From: Lingula anatina
Lineage: Eukaryota; Animalia; Brachiopoda
DNA: 64,000 nt
Assembly: GCA_051362555.1 (NCBI GenBank)
Contig: CM120648.1
Span: 15,062,587-15,126,586, forward strand
Reading direction: 5' to 3'
Of the stretch, positions 50,470 to 60,676 are shown piece by piece. Position numbers and translations under genes: made by a program. Below the pieces are notes generated by a model. That model ran no database searches. It saw only the letters and a program-made list of their open reading frames with translations, and was not told where the DNA came from. The number at the start of each line of letters is the position of its first letter. The first letter of the stretch is position 1.

Positions 50470-52803
50470 CCAATACTTCTGTATTTTTATAGCTGGCCTA
50501 CATGTATTACTAGTAGTAGGACCAAGGAATTATTATTACTATATAGTATGATAAGAAATTACTTTGATAAACAACTGGTGTTAGACTGACAATGAGGTGA
50601 GTATTTTTTTATATTATGGATTTTTCATTAAATTTCAGTTTTTATCTGCTTTGTATAAATTTCTTGTTTCTACATGTATGATTTTATCATTTTATTATAT
50701 TTTAGTTTTAACAGATTCCCGAATTATCATTTCATATCAGTTGACAATAAGGGAAGAGGTGTTCTGGTCAAGACCAGGGAAAATTATTTTCCATACGATT
50801 TTGTTTGATGGTGCTGTTGATGCAGATGTGACTGAACAATAGATGGTGTTTTGTAGAGTCTTGGATATTGTTTACTCTAGAAACCTTTCTCTCTGTAACA
50901 TTATTTTCGTCAAGTATTATACAGGATGGGCTTTGACCCAAAAGACTTCCATTGAGAGTGGCCTGCCTTTAAAGAGCACATAGGTGGCATGTTTATAGTG
51001 AATAAAAGTAAAGTTATGTGTACTGATTTGTTTCAAGGCTAGGAGACCAAACAAAGATTAGAATACATACAATAATGCTAATTGAAATCGCCTTGTTCAC
51101 CCTGTCCACTTCTCAGGTGGAGAGAGGATACAGTGCTCCCAAAAGAATCGAATCTGACTGGAGGTCAAGTTTGGGGAATATTATGCTTAAGTTAACAAAA
51201 TGTTGACAGCAGTTTTATACGGGCCAAGTTTTGATTATAATTTAGTCAAGGAATCTATCAACACTGAATGGCAGGGTGGCACTATGGGAAAACAGCCCAG
51301 TTTTGAACTTGAAAATTGATTTTGTTTTCTGATTGTCATATCCAGGTAAATGACCTGGCCATTGAAGATTCTAAGGAAATAAAAAAATTGAAACATACTT
51401 GTATACTGATTTTTTTTTTTTCATTTTTAATGCACTTTGATCTGTATTTAATTACAAATTATATTCAAGAATTTTCAGCTGGGGATGATGTTAATTGTAT
51501 GTCAGTTTTGGCTAAAGTAATATTCATAACTTGCTGGGGCAGGTGCTTCTCCTGCCCTCAGAATAGACATATCAAGTTGGCCAACGAGTTTATTGGAGCC
51601 TTGTTAACTGCTGTAATTTAAAAGGCAAAAAGTTAAAAAAAACTTTCAAAATGTTCAGTGCATATTCATGAGGCTGAATGAACATTTCCCAGGGACAGTA
51701 CTTTAAGGACATGAGTTTTTAATGTTTACTTAGTTTTGTTTATCACACAGATTTCAAAAGTTTGCACTTTTAAAAAGAGAAATGTAAATTTTAAATAGAT
51801 TAAAAGGGATATTTTTTTCAAATTACAATCGGGAGGGTCTTATTTTAGATAGTTTAATATGTAAGAGACAAAAATAGTACTAGTACAAAGAAATAAATCT
51901 TGAGCAGTAAAATAAGAGAACAAGGCAGAAGTGCAGATCTTAATATAATGAATAAACCGGTGTTGAATGATTTTTTTTATCAAAACCCTTTCAGGCTTTA
52001 AAAAGTACAACCTGGACATAGGCCAATACTTCATTGTAAATATTTATCTAATAAAAAAAATCTTGTTTTATTTATAACTAGATCTAGCAATATCTTTCTA
52101 TATTGGTCAAAATTCACACTGGATTTCTTGTGGAGTGGATCATAACTATACAATTTTTGATGTTTTAAGAATGAAGCATATAACTCTTGGAATATTCCTG
52201 ATGTTAGATGTACAGCACTTGTTCGGATTTTAATTTCATTACAACTTGTTTGCTCTGAAATTCAGAATATTTAAGAAAACTTGTAGTCTTGCCAAGTCGG
52301 GTCAGTGCTTCAGGTTGATCACGTGACGCTTTTTCAAATTATGATGAAAATGGGGTTCCATTTTTGTCGTCGTTTTGGAGATGCACTAATTTCCCCACAC
52401 AAAATGGGTAAAATTGTAGGAGACATATCTTATGATATATCATTTGAAAGTTTATGATCTTATCTTTCTGCAGGATGTAATTCTTTGAAAAAATTTTGCG
52501 TTTCCTGCGATACATAATCACAGTAACCTACTGCACTTGAAAAAATCGATTTTGCCGACTTTTACACCGACTTCACGGGAATATGAACACTTTGCCAACC
52601 AGATGGGAGCCGAACGCAACATCTATATCATATTAACACAAAATACACTTGTTTACCTTTTAGAATATATATAAAACCTGGTGATATCAACATTGTAGCA
52701 ATTTTGTCTAAATTGAAACACCCTAGTGTCACACGCTTCAAAAATACGAGTGCTTGGCGTAGAGTTCACCTCGTGCTAAAAAAAATGAACAAAGCTGAAT
52801 TTT

Positions 52804-52871
<68 letters not shown>

Positions 52872-55260
52872 TGCCAGAGACCCAGTTTAACCAGCTTTCA
52901 TCATTTAGTTTTTAAAACTTTGTACAATTTAAATTTCTTATAGAGATCTTCAAATAGAAAATTTCAGACACCTGAAACGGGGCACCATTTGCAATCACCC
53001 GCGTGGATAAATCTTCCATTTTACCGTTCTGAATCTATATTTTATGACAATTAACCTTAAAATTCCGAATCCCTGGATACTCCCGCTTCTTTTTATAAAC
53101 CTATCGTTTAATCACATCAACTGTTGACAAAAATACACATGAAAATATGAAGAGCTTAAAAGTCGTCCATTTTCACTCGATTTTGATGAAAGTAGTGCGA
53201 AAATGACCGTCGCTTCAGCCAGTGTGCACAAGCAGCTCAAAATCTGCGGACAGACTGTGTAGATGGGGTGGGGGCCATTTAGACGACACGAATAGGATCT
53301 TAACAAGACTCCTTGATTTCCTCAGATTTATGCTGCATATAATCAACCTCTTTGCTCGCTTTATAAAATATATGGAGACATGGGTATAAAAAGGTTGGAG
53401 GTTCAATGATATACCAGTAACTTAGGCATACTCCTTAAGTTAATATGATTTACGTCCTAATAATATAGGACTGAAACTACATTTGAAGAATCAGCGCACA
53501 CGTGGTATGCGAGCCTCTACATGTATTTCTAAACTAAAAGATTTCTTTTAAAGATATAACATGGGTTCAAATATAAAATCATTGAAGGAGGACGTGCACT
53601 AAATGTAGTGTTTCACTGAAATATAAATTAACGGGAACTGACTGCAATAGGCCTAAACGAAACGACCCCCCCCAAAAAAAAAAAAAAATAAAAATAAAAT
53701 AAAATAAAATACAGGATAACACAGCTACCAGTAGCCTACAGGGAAACATAAAAATAAGATTTACACAATTTACGCACATATATATACATGTTTGATTGAT
53801 ACAAGATAGGCCTACCTGATGTTTTTTATATCCACTGCTGGAAAAAATGCTGCCTACTTACGTTTGCAATTTTCGCTTCCGTTAAGCTGATATGGCAGGT
53901 ATCCATTTGGACACTTTAAACCAGGTTCGCCTACAAAATTAATATAATATACAATATATTAGATGATATACGACAGCAAATTACCATTCGTCTTCATTCG
54001 CTAGGAAAAAATAAACAATTAATACAATACACCTGAAGTGCATTTTCAAACAGACTGATATGAAAGCTAGTCCCTAGTTTGCCATGTTTTGTATGTGGTT
54101 CACTTTCATTTAAGAGGTTTTGAGTTTTAAAAATAATCAAATTCACTAGAATTTCTATTCTTATTGGCAGCAAATTGATACAGCATTAAAAGGAAGAAAG
54201 TAAATTTACTTGTCATATACTCCTTTAAATGTATCCTTATTTTTTTAAATTCCTTATCAAAACTACATGGAAATTTATTATTTTTACATTGCTTCCGGTA
54301 GGGAATCATGTCCGGACACATTTTCGAACTTCCCCCATACAGGAAGATCATACTTTTTTATTTAAATTTAAAATGTACGATTTTGATATTGAAAACATAA
54401 CAGAGAAAAGTATAAAATAAGACACAAGTCCGAACACGTATTCGAACTCCCCGATCACACAGGCAGATCATACTTTTTTTATCAGTCATAACAAAACGTT
54501 TGGTTTTTAGCTTACCAAGTTTGCATGACCTTACCTGTGGTGCAGTATGCCATGTTGCAAGTAGGAGGTGGTGTGATATGGTAAATGTAGAATTTGCTTG
54601 ATCCAATGCAACATCTCTTTATGTCAACCTCCAAGTTGATAATTGGTTTACACATCTGCTGGGTCCTATAAATAAAGCACGCTTCCTTTGTCACTTCTTC
54701 ATTACAAGTCAGGTTGGGATGCAGGTCCTTCAAGAAGATCGGCATACTGGTTGTGCAATCTCCGGACAGGGGTGTGCGGGCAGAGTCCGCCAACTGATGA
54801 CCGGATCCTCCAAGAAACCGATACCATCCTGTATTAAGGATGTAGTCACATAATGCCGGTTCTGCAGGTTTCAATGTACTGTTTTGGTTCCTTCTTGGGT
54901 CAGATCGTGGTTCGTATATATAGCAAGGATCATCACCAGCTTGGCACGGGTACAACTGCACAGCCAAAATGACTATACTCCCTATGAAAGAAAATTATCC
55001 CAGGAATGAAAGTTGGTAATGTTAAAGACGTCCTTTAAATTCGGACAATAAAGGGATGAAAAGTAAATGCAATGAAGGCAAGCTTGTTGGGATGCAAATA
55101 AATGAACTTTTGATTAACAGAATAGCCATTCGTATCATAAAGGCAGTATTTTAAAGAAAGTAAATAAAAAGCAGTGCGATAGAAAAACTCAGATATCTAC
55201 GACTACCGGTAGTTATTAATACATGTATTTCCAAAACTTACCGATTATTAGGAGCCACAT
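9428..55260 (-). CDS. VWDE: VWDE-like gene B (von Willebrand factor D and EGF domain-containing protein-like), 5' part; coding exons 55242-55260, 54535-54981, 42641-42876, 40780-40875, 37539-37925, 37178-37251, 26717-26786, 16773-17018, 9428-9588
   Basis: All junctions are GT-AG with matching phases (1,1,0,0,0,2,0,0), and the joined frame is open. It encodes signal peptide MWLLIIGSIVILAVQLYPCQA, a D8C-like Cys domain, and VWD motifs CSSNNDPHIYTFDG, GEFVL, CNCGVAARENDD, LPSGAWV and GICGNFDG. The next exon was not found in the window. The symbol denotes family, not proven orthology. Confidence 0.85.
10651..11377. mobile_element. PIF/Harbinger-like MITE
   Basis: TIRs GCCCCCGTTTCACAAA...CTTAAGTC and GATTTAAGATTCTTTGTGAAACGGGGGT; CTG on both sides as a possible 3-bp TSD. 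It sits inside a degenerate repeat at ~10370-11750. Confidence 0.65.
12103..12312 (+). repeat. Truncated TTAAAGGG-type (Kolobok-like) element end
   Basis: Inverted homolog at ~36885-37069 (ttaaagggataataactcttcgtttcg...gtatagccatcaatggaggtcacgt). Confidence 0.7.
12523..14665 (+). mobile_element. Ginger-like DNA transposon (Gypsy-integrase-related), defective, with spliceosomal introns
   Basis: The integrase C-half is spread over four exons: ~12845-12998 (WDDVLPGCVFAYNTSVHESTRYSPYFLMFG), 13522-13708 (AQENIQFAQQKQKRCYD), 13869-14074 (RYLGPYVV, GPY/F module, internal TAA) and 14242-14305. Imperfect TIRs are TATGGCGAAAAGGAGAGTCCT and AGGACTCTCCGTTTCGTTACA. No RT or LTRs. Confidence 0.75.
12896..13483 (+). 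repeat. Near-identical tandem duplication (period 298 bp) inside the Ginger element
   Basis: 12896-13185 is repeated at 13194-13483. Confidence 0.95.
16773..17018 (-). CDS. VWDE: VWDE-like gene B exon 8 (VWD core)
   Basis: attcag|VRVRHWNCSTTRSRAIGCNCGVAARENDDIFIVDICHG...QGGKAWR|gtaaga; 246 nt, phase 0/0. Confidence 0.9.
18722..18905 (-). pseudogene. N-terminal fragment of the DIRS tyrosine recombinase
   Basis: LPQVLEHSRAENTVCKYSSVFQRWKKWA resembles the N-terminal core-binding region of DIRS recombinases; no catalytic part is visible. Confidence 0.65.
19240..19760. repeat. 21-bp minisatellite (tctgttcgcatcgaaccacata-like) inside the DIRS-order element
   Basis: Homogeneous core at ~19410-19730 with degenerate flanks; it explains the repetitive ORFs 19218-19820 and 19409-19759. 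Confidence 0.95.
19950..20430 (-). pseudogene. C-terminal methyltransferase-like (MT) domain of DIRS pol; RT and RNase H deleted
   Basis: IDTDDW...TIDRFANYENTKVTRFNSKFWNPNTEAVDAFLQDWSNENNWLVPP...GTLVVPDWKSATFWPLL. Confidence 0.8.
20434..21183 (-). CDS. DIRS-type Gag, truncated within the zinc knuckle
   Basis: 249-aa ORF with RNKLIRIADKSEAGWEAVKEYESDDLAEDSDD and CFACGQYGH; the last Cys is lost at the deletion junction. Confidence 0.8.
   Translation of the reverse strand: MSKRRRESTSESEDSESESREFLNLAVEDKEEGNEGAFNEKGDVNDNSSAGQMTDTFSVFKSYMDKQFKSLKRELVEESQSQNKKAKTVQKKLKFAGNQKQFEINTEVIENMQKADMLIKDGHVKEARKALKEGIDILQKRNKLIRIADKSEAGWEAVKEYESDDLAEDSDDKKKIRSAQMRASRKMRIRNQNRRNKNEFNYNKKNYTASVNFAGISDRGSFLFRRKRFPNPNDQCFACGQYGHIQNIR
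21400..23600 (-). pseudogene. Decayed Tc1 transposase, interrupted by the Penelope insertion
   Basis: RVYRHPEEA...VSIW...VVIDENLNHIK*R...NNFRLHGEIVGSHRALLIAYYLQNQGNEQIPWPSKSSHLNYRDNMW matches the Tc1 WPxxSPDLNPIENxW region. Confidence 0.7.
22017..22955 (+). mobile_element. Penelope-like retroelement, 5'-truncated (GIY-YIG endonuclease region)
   Basis: ORF 22172-22831 reads GYP...VLPYMKGVSEKLKR...GVVYQCECQVCGEIYIGGTGRSLAERIAEH...LNRNDG. An inverted copy of the 3' end (22883-22955) lies at 22017-22089, and 22090-22210 duplicates ~22490-22609. Confidence 0.9.
25150..26160 (+). pseudogene. Decayed Tc1 transposase relic, inverted paralog of 21400-23600
   Basis: QLPRPSRLPDV*LLHNVW at ~25826-25880; DNA similarity to 21480-21700 and 23040-23420 in reverse orientation. 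Confidence 0.6.
26533..26706. mobile_element. 174-bp palindromic MITE (Harbinger/Tourist-like)
   Basis: TIR GGGAGCATTCACA...AGAGCCGAG pairs with CTCGGCTCT...TGTGAATGCTCCC; ATA on both sides. Confidence 0.8.
26717..26786 (-). CDS. VWDE: VWDE-like gene B exon 7
   Basis: tatag|(L)TYDIMDVGEFVLASLKTESLLFE|gtaaga; 70 nt, phase 2/0, fits both neighbouring exons. Confidence 0.85.
27135..31483. mobile_element. P-superfamily-like non-autonomous DNA transposon, 4.35 kb
   Basis: Perfect 31-bp TIRs CAAGGAGTTATAACAGAAGGAGATTACACGC; 7-bp TSD ATAAAAT (27128-27134, 31484-31490). The empty site is visible in the paralog at ~6465-6483. No transposase ORF. Confidence 0.85.
32596..32967 (+). mobile_element. TTAA MITE copy 2
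   Basis: Same sequence as 817-1186; TTAA at 32592-32595 and 32968-32971. Confidence 0.9.
32972..35174. mobile_element. 2.2-kb TTAA-flanked (Kolobok-like) non-autonomous element
   Basis: TTAA|GGAGGCTCTCTCAT...ATGAGAACGTCC|TTAA; the satellite resumes directly after 35178. Confidence 0.7.
35275..35473 (-). mobile_element. Solo LTR (199 bp)
   Basis: TGT...ACA termini; 5-bp TSD GTAAC (35270-35274, 35474-35478); TATA-like box and AATAAA on the minus strand; it interrupts a satellite monomer. Confidence 0.75.
35522..35898 (-). mobile_element. TTAA MITE copy 3 (inverted)
   Basis: Reverse complement of 817-1186; TTAA at 35518-35521 and 35899-35902. Confidence 0.9.
37178..37251 (-). CDS. VWDE: VWDE-like gene B exon 6 (start of VWD)
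   Basis: tttacag|IRIQEDFIRQCSSNNDPHIYTFDG|gtgagt; the DPHxxTFDG hallmark. Confidence 0.92.
37539..37925 (-). CDS. VWDE: VWDE-like gene B exon 5
   Basis: tatag|VVDYESQ...LESTLPI...SDCSATF...IWDGYMIPKIP|gtaggt; 387 nt, phase 0/0. Confidence 0.85.
38127..40631. mobile_element. Long-TIR element with TAG...CTA termini (Academ-like)
   Basis: ~38127-38450 and ~40318-40631 are diverged inverted repeats (catgaaacttggcacaaatgttc; ttgcttagcaaccgttgc); TTT on both sides. Confidence 0.65.
39020..40290 (+). pseudogene. Decayed L1/Tx1-clade LINE ORF2, 3' part
   Basis: RNLSIIGKSTVVKHL and C-terminal CEFCNTARENILYVFCDCPHVKNVW; many stops and frameshifts. Confidence 0.65.
40780..40875 (-). CDS. VWDE: VWDE-like gene B exon 4
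   Basis: tttccag|ISCRAKGWWREYKASGMHNFRHSSNSVFAGVK|gtgaca; 96 nt. Confidence 0.88.
40958..42520. mobile_element. Foldback MITE with TGTCAC...GTGACA ends, interrupted by a TTAA element
   Basis: gtcgcccagaccacatcccag (~41022) pairs with ctgggatgtggtctgggcgac (~42442); 41075-41165 pairs with 41325-41425. A related fragment lies at ~46190-46310. Confidence 0.65.
41431..42393 (-). mobile_element. TTAA-flanked Kolobok-like non-autonomous element retaining a first coding exon
   Basis: TTAA at 41427-41430 and 42394-42397. The exon reads MAQT...KKIRDRRRSTQTVYVGREVGRWRTPKAELGLTYEAMAKLLLD and ends at a GTGAGT donor. Confidence 0.55.
42641..42876 (-). CDS. VWDE: VWDE-like gene B exon 3
   Basis: (A)RYPEMLKDPQV...INCEISF...AVFFVQF...LRNNLGKH|gtaagt; 236 nt, phase 1/0. 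The acceptor (aag) is less certain. Confidence 0.85.
43050..43200 (+). pseudogene. LINE reverse transcriptase fragment
   Basis: KRLTTCFATFSKVFDRVWKKVLLFKLL resembles CFVDFxKAFDxVWxxGLxxKL. Confidence 0.55.
43420..43730 (+). pseudogene. DIRS/Ngaro-type gag fragment
   Basis: TPTLSRDIVQGKDINLARL and IGEFIQAFRIYKKVSCESFPNRQTELDL...YAGHGFY. Confidence 0.6.
44310..44691 (-). pseudogene. Fragment resembling the N-terminal region of a glycosyltransferase family 92 (galt-1-like) protein
   Basis: VFSAFYDPR...VKVIS...WYCRLWF motif; in-frame TAA upstream (~44638); truncated at a (TA)n run. Confidence 0.5.
45345..45387. repeat. (AAT)n microsatellite
   Basis: Direct reading. Confidence 0.95.
45928..46107. 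mobile_element. Small palindromic element related to the Ginger-associated sequence at 12392-12520
   Basis: Shares acgtagggt...gtccggggga...tatatta and cccctggtttctgaa; internal IR cccgttatttcagaaacca / tggtttctgaaataacggg. Confidence 0.5.
46730..48271 (+). mobile_element. 5'-truncated Rex1/Babar-clade LINE (RT and C-terminal domain), frameshifted
   Basis: KASGPDGISPRVLKLCADQLA, LNDLRPVALT, DPLQFAYR, IDYSSAFNTI, TGAPQGCVLS, KFADDTT, LNVAKTKEMIVDFRR, QRLYFLR. A poly-A run at ~47213-47241 shifts the frame. 3' end is AATAAA plus a (TCTTA)n tail. Confidence 0.92.
50405..50466. repeat. (TA)n microsatellite
   Basis: Direct reading. Confidence 0.97.
52806..52870. repeat. (TA)n microsatellite
   Basis: Direct reading. 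Confidence 0.97.
54535..54981 (-). CDS. VWDE: VWDE-like gene B exon 2 (signal peptide end and D8C/UMOD-GP2-OIT3-like Cys domain)
   Basis: DPC...DPRR...LCD...GWYRF...CTTSMPIFL...HP...KEAC...C...YIYHITPPPTCNMAYC; 447 nt, phase 1/1. Confidence 0.92.
55242..55260 (-). CDS. VWDE: VWDE-like gene B first coding exon (MWLLII)
   Basis: ATG TGG CTC CTA ATA ATC G|gtaagt; splicing to 54981 completes a hydrophobic signal peptide. Confidence 0.8.
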
Positions 55261-55739
55261 CGCAGGGTCGAGGACACTTCAGTGCTTGTAAGTACTATGA
55301 TGAATTGTTCAATCTCAACGTATTAAAAAGTTGCTCGTTTACTGAAACGGTAACAGCAAACAAAATTGATAGCAGCCACTTTAGCAGTTTTCTAAACTAT
55401 CGTTCCCAGCTCATTGAACCATACGATTTGGTATTTGCTGGACCTTCTGCCAGATAATTATCGGTAATGTCAAAGATATCAACAGCCATATGACGGATCG
55501 CACACAAGCCAAATAGATTTGTCAAATGTGTCTGGTTTTGCATAGCAACCAGTGTGCAAATAATTTGATAAGGGCACTCAGTCGTTGACATAGGGCGATA
55601 ATGCGGCTGGTGTATCTTCATCGTAATCATGCTTATGGCGTCAATATATCATTTTTATTAAAGTATAGACATAACAGACAGGAAGTTAAATATTGAATTA
55701 TAACATGTGGCACCCCAACCACCCCTTTCAGCCGTAAGC

Positions 55740-56230
55740 TTTGACCTGAACGACAACTTAAAGATGAAATTGTTATGATAACATGTCGAAAATTTTAATA
55801 AGCCAGCGAGCTATTCACTTGGCACGTCCTGTTTACAAGCATGAGGTTTATTTGTGAATAATACAGCACGGTGCACGCATTCGGTTTTTAGCCTCCGATA
55901 TTGCTGTCCTGCAGCGAGTGTTTTGAAGAGTACAGAATAATAGGCATTCAAAAGCTCCATGTCCATCGGCCATCGCGTATTGACCTACCCTCAGATTGTC
56001 TCTAGGGTCCATGTGTATTGATTATGATGGTCGCAGTAGCTGCTCAGTACTTTATTTCTGTATTCTGCGATAACAAGAGCTTTATGTGCTCGTGTATTTT
56101 GATTTTGCAACCTAAAATTGTTCCTGAAGTGCCCCTATGATGTTAGGCAAGTGGTTTCTAGTTTATTCCTGTATTTGGCGTAGTTCAGATTTCCAAATGT
56201 GACTACAATTGGCGTTTTGGCACAAAAACG
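55740..56230 (-). pseudogene. Decayed Tc1 transposase relic
   Basis: 56107-56225 is homologous to 21754-21880; it reads GNLNYAKYRNKLE...GHFRNNFRLQNQNTRAHKA. Confidence 0.6.
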
Positions 56231-57715
56231 TAGATTTTACTGCATTTTACTTGACTGCAAATATATATTATAAAAGGTGTGAGTTTTTTTAAGGTTGAAT
56301 ATTAACAAGGGCAAACATTTGAACCTGAAATATTCCACGCGGTCTTTACTTACCTGTCAACACACAACCCGAAGATCATCACGTGGAGAGTGACGTAATC
56401 CGATTTGAGCCGAAGTGCACTGAGAATTTCAGGGACGAGGTTCTTGGTGACCGTGTACGCCTCTAACTCAACCAACTCCACAGCATCACCACAGCAGTAC
56501 CGGTGTGCGGAACCCATGTCACACTAAGAGAAATAATGTCTTTTTAAAATCTGGTACAACTGAAAAAAAAAAATTTTCGGAAGCAAATATACCAATAAAT
56601 AAATAAATATAAAGAAAAGAGGAAAAAAAAAAGAAATAAGGTGGGAAATATTTCCGTCCTGCAGTTTCACAAAAGACAATGATTATAGACAGAATATGGT
56701 TTAAAGATGATAATCTAATTGTATTTACTTATTTCTTATACATTAGATACCTTAAATCGGTGAACAAACTGAAGCTGCATTAATTATTTTTCCATTCGGT
56801 CTTATATCAATACGTCTGGGGATAGTGCCCTCTTTACGGCGTATTAACTGATTTACAGCTATATTCGATCATTAGTATGATGAATGGCGCTTGTTTATAT
56901 AATTGACGATTTTAATAGCTTTGATTGGCACTCAGTCAGGTAAGAGGTAAGCATTACTTTGTGGCATGATAGTGATCGACATACGTTTACTTTACTGTTA
57001 ATGAATTTGACAGTTTTGGTTGGCACCCCTTAATCGCAAGATGTAAAAGTTCCGTTTATTCAACGAAGACAATTAATGACTATAATGTCCCTAATAGTCC
57101 ATGTTTGTTTTCTTTCTTTTTTTATAATAATGCAAATTAATGATCACCGCAGAATTCTCGCATTCCCACTTACAATAACATAGGCAATTCACATTGTTTA
57201 AACCTGTATATAACAATGGTTTTGCCGATGTATCTTACTAATATTTAGTCAAACAAAGCCTTATACATTTGCAAGCGAGGACTAGCGAAAACGTCCCTCA
57301 AATCTGTGTAAATGAGCGAAAATGCTATCGGCATGCAGTTTAGCCGTATATATGCAGACACAGACTACATGTTCCTTCGTTTGAATCACACTGCACGCAC
57401 AGTCTGTTTTCGCGTGGCCTTCTGACCCACCTGCCAATCAATCATCACTGCACTAAATTAAAAGCATTCACATCAACATAACTACCAATGCTTCCCCTTG
57501 TATGCTTTACAATCACACACTGTCAGTCTTCAAAGTTAATTAAGTTTTCTGTTATCTTAATAAAATTCAAGTAAATGCAATGCAGACCCATCCCACTCAG
57601 CTCCTGATAACAGGGGGTAATAAATACTGTCCCCCAGTACGCTTACAATCTACACCATGAATCTGCAAAGTTAATTAAATTTTCTGTTATCATCTTAGCA
57701 AAATTGAAGGGCACT

Positions 57716-57719
57716 CAGA

Positions 57720-57751
<32 letters not shown>
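57716..57751. repeat. (GA)n microsatellite upstream of gene B
   Basis: Direct reading. Confidence 0.9.
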
Positions 57752-57752
<1 letters not shown>

Positions 57753-58136
57753 GGAGCACGGAGCAGACGATAAAAAGGTTAGGAAGGCAACGCCACCGTT
57801 TTCCATGGGACTTTTGGAACTTTTTTGGGTCAATTTTTTTTCGGCAAAAGAAGAAGACGGATGTTGTACTTTAAGAAAAAGTCCCCTATTATGCTTTACA
57901 ATAATATACTTTAAATCCGCAAAGTTCACTTAGTTTCCTGTTATAACCTCTCAGCAAAATTGAGGATAAGGTAAAGTAGACTTACCCATTCCTTGAAAAA
58001 AAAAAACGCAAAGAAAAGATCCTATGTTACACTTACATTGAGAGATCTTCTAATATTTGATTTAAACTTTCAAGTGACACTTTATTTTAGTCAATGATAA
58101 CACAAAAAGAAGATAATCTCCAATCGAAGTAAATCA

Positions 58137-60676
58137 TAGGGGTGGGCAAATGAAAGCTTTTTTGGGAAATTTAATTTCAGACAAGTGGATTCTATGGCCA
58201 TTTTGCCTGCTGAATACAAATCTAATAAGTATTTTCATTTTAAATTACATCTGATATTGGTATCAAGTGATTTTTCAAAATGGCCACCAAACGCTCCCTC
58301 AAATCACATATTTCTCATGTAAATCTTTAAATATCAGTTCAAAGATGGCTTGTTATATGTCTAACCATATGATTTCATGATCAATGAGTGCAAATAGATA
58401 CATCATTTCAGTTGGGTCACTTCATTTTGGGTTAAAAAAAAGGATTTTTTGGTCATTTTGAGGTAAAAATCACCCCAAAATCACCATTTCTGTGTACATA
58501 AATACAAATGTTTATAAAATATGCAACTGTGGCTTTTAAGTTGGGAAAAACAATATTACAACAAATATGGTCAATATTGTTCAAGGATCACATGAAACTG
58601 AAAAGTTTTGACATATAGAATAGGCATAATGTTAGTTACATACGGGAATATCTACAGTAGAACACTCAGTAGCAGAGCATTAAGGATATTGTTACTCTTT
58701 ATTACCATCCAGATACCGAAAATGAGTTTTTTCCTGCATCTAATTATTCAATAATGTATCTGTCTTTGTGCTGCTTTGAAACAATGAAAAAATGTTTTCG
58801 TTGCAATGTATAAGCATAAGCAACTCAAAGCTTTAATCATCTATTTAACAGCTTTCTTTTTTGAGATTAGTTAGCAATCCATATGGGGCTTAACTTCATC
58901 CCTGAACAAGATTTTATCATGAAAATTGGCCAATGTACCACAAGGGCATGAGCTACAATCCCATGCCAACGTTTTGGTTTTTAAAAAAATGCTTTTGTTA
59001 TGGAGTTATGAGTCCGTAATGACAGATCTTCTAAAAACAAAGGTATTACTTTGCTTTATCAATGATCAAATCTGAACTAAGGCTTTAAAAAATCGCTGGC
59101 AGGGTTTTGGGGTACTAAATGGTGTCATTAAATTGGCTTTGAAATAGTGATCACGGGTGTTCAGGTAAAACAGAAATTTGAGAAACCGATTTTTCAGTTT
59201 TTACCCCCAAACTGCAATTATGCCATCACCCGTAAGATGACATGTGTAAATGTTAATTAATGTAATCACTGAACACTGAAAATTTATTTATCACCGAAAA
59301 GAATGTATGTAAAGCAGTTAATAAGGAGTTTTGGGTGAGCAGTGACAATATCCTTATTGTCTTCATTTATAACCTAGTCACACTAGAGGCGGAATGAGCT
59401 AGAATGTAGTCGGAATGAAAATTTCTTGTTTATTCCTGGATATTTGAAGTATCTAAAAATTCTAAGCACATTCTAAATGTTTGGGTCCATTCTTGCGTAC
59501 TGTTAAAACGTTTTGCTCATTCTCAAAACTTGCGAAGTGCATTCCAAGTGGAAAAATATCGAATGGCATTCAAGTGTATTCTAACTGCACTATGAGCGCA
59601 TTCTTAAGATTCTTACGAAATTCCAACAGCATTCGAAACATTTTTATCACATTCGAGGGAGAACCGAAATGGCAAGGTGCTTCAAATCTTGTCAGAATGT
59701 TTCACATTGTGCCTCCAATGAGCAGGAATGCAACTCGAATGCATCTTGATTGCGGGCCGGAATTCAGCCAGCAACGAAACCACACTTGCAATGTATGGCA
59801 TTTGAAGTGCATTCTAAATATTCTCACTATATTTAGACAGCATTAACGATATTCCTTATGTGATCCAACTACATTCGAGCTGCATTTGAGAGCTAATACA
59901 ATACAACCGAAATGTGCACAAATCATTCCAGGTGGGTTCGAAGCGCATTTTGAGGTATTCTTACTGGAATTAAGGTCAATTTGATATTACCCAACGAACG
60001 TTTCGCGAATTTTGAAAATTCTTCATTATGGCTCATTCTGCTTGATTACTTCAGATTCCAAATAAGTGTGACAGGGGGCTTTACAGTGCCTTCTGGTCTC
60101 AGTGTATTTCTTGTTGATGCTTTCATGGTAGTGGTGAGATAATCTTAAACTACGCAACTGAAACTAAGTACTATTCCAAGGTCAAGAGCTTAGAGGTTGT
60201 AATAGGTTGGTGTCACCTGACAAAGTTTTACCTGTTCTGAAGAAAAGGGAAATTATACAGCATAAAATTTGTTGGTACACACCCATGAAGGTATTTTCAG
60301 CATTGTTTTTATACCAAACTGTAATCCATGAATTCAGTATGTACATAATGGCCATTATTTATATTTATCTTAGGCTCGAAGTGTATATTTTTTACAGATG
60401 TCACCTTAACAATATTGCCAATGTCTTGAATATGCTCATATTTGAACTCAGCAGCCCTCAAAACATATAGAAAGACATATTACACATCATTTTTATGTAC
60501 TTTACTGTGAAAATATGGCCAAAAAGCCATTTCCCGCCTTTTTTCACAAACAAATAGCAGATACCAATATAAATCTTTAGCTTTGGTAAAAAATATTGTC
60601 AGATTTGTGTTCAGCAGCAAAAATGGCCATAGAATTCACCTGTTTTAAAAAAAAAATTGTCATTTGCCCACCCCTA
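58137..60676. mobile_element. Long-TIR non-autonomous DNA transposon (TAGGGGTGGGCAAATGA termini; Academ- or hAT-like)
   Basis: Perfect 17-bp terminal IR plus subterminal IR attctatggccattttg..tgctgaa.acaaatct; no clear TSD. Confidence 0.7.
59370..60081. mobile_element. Nested MITE with GTCACACT/AGTGTGAC ends and many gcattc/gaatg motifs
   Basis: cctagtcacact at ~59373 and agtgtgacagggggct at ~60065-60080. Confidence 0.5.

Larger units (their letters stand above)
48401..53434. mobile_element. Possible ~5-kb TTAA-bounded non-autonomous element
   Basis: TTAA|GG...CC|TTAA boundaries with only a weak terminal IR and no recognisable ORF. Confidence 0.25.

Noticed and set aside
52704-52943. ORFs with IYIYIY, IIII or YYYY runs (also 6189-6465 and 44156-44488)
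   Set aside because: Translations of (TA)n or (AAT)n microsatellites.
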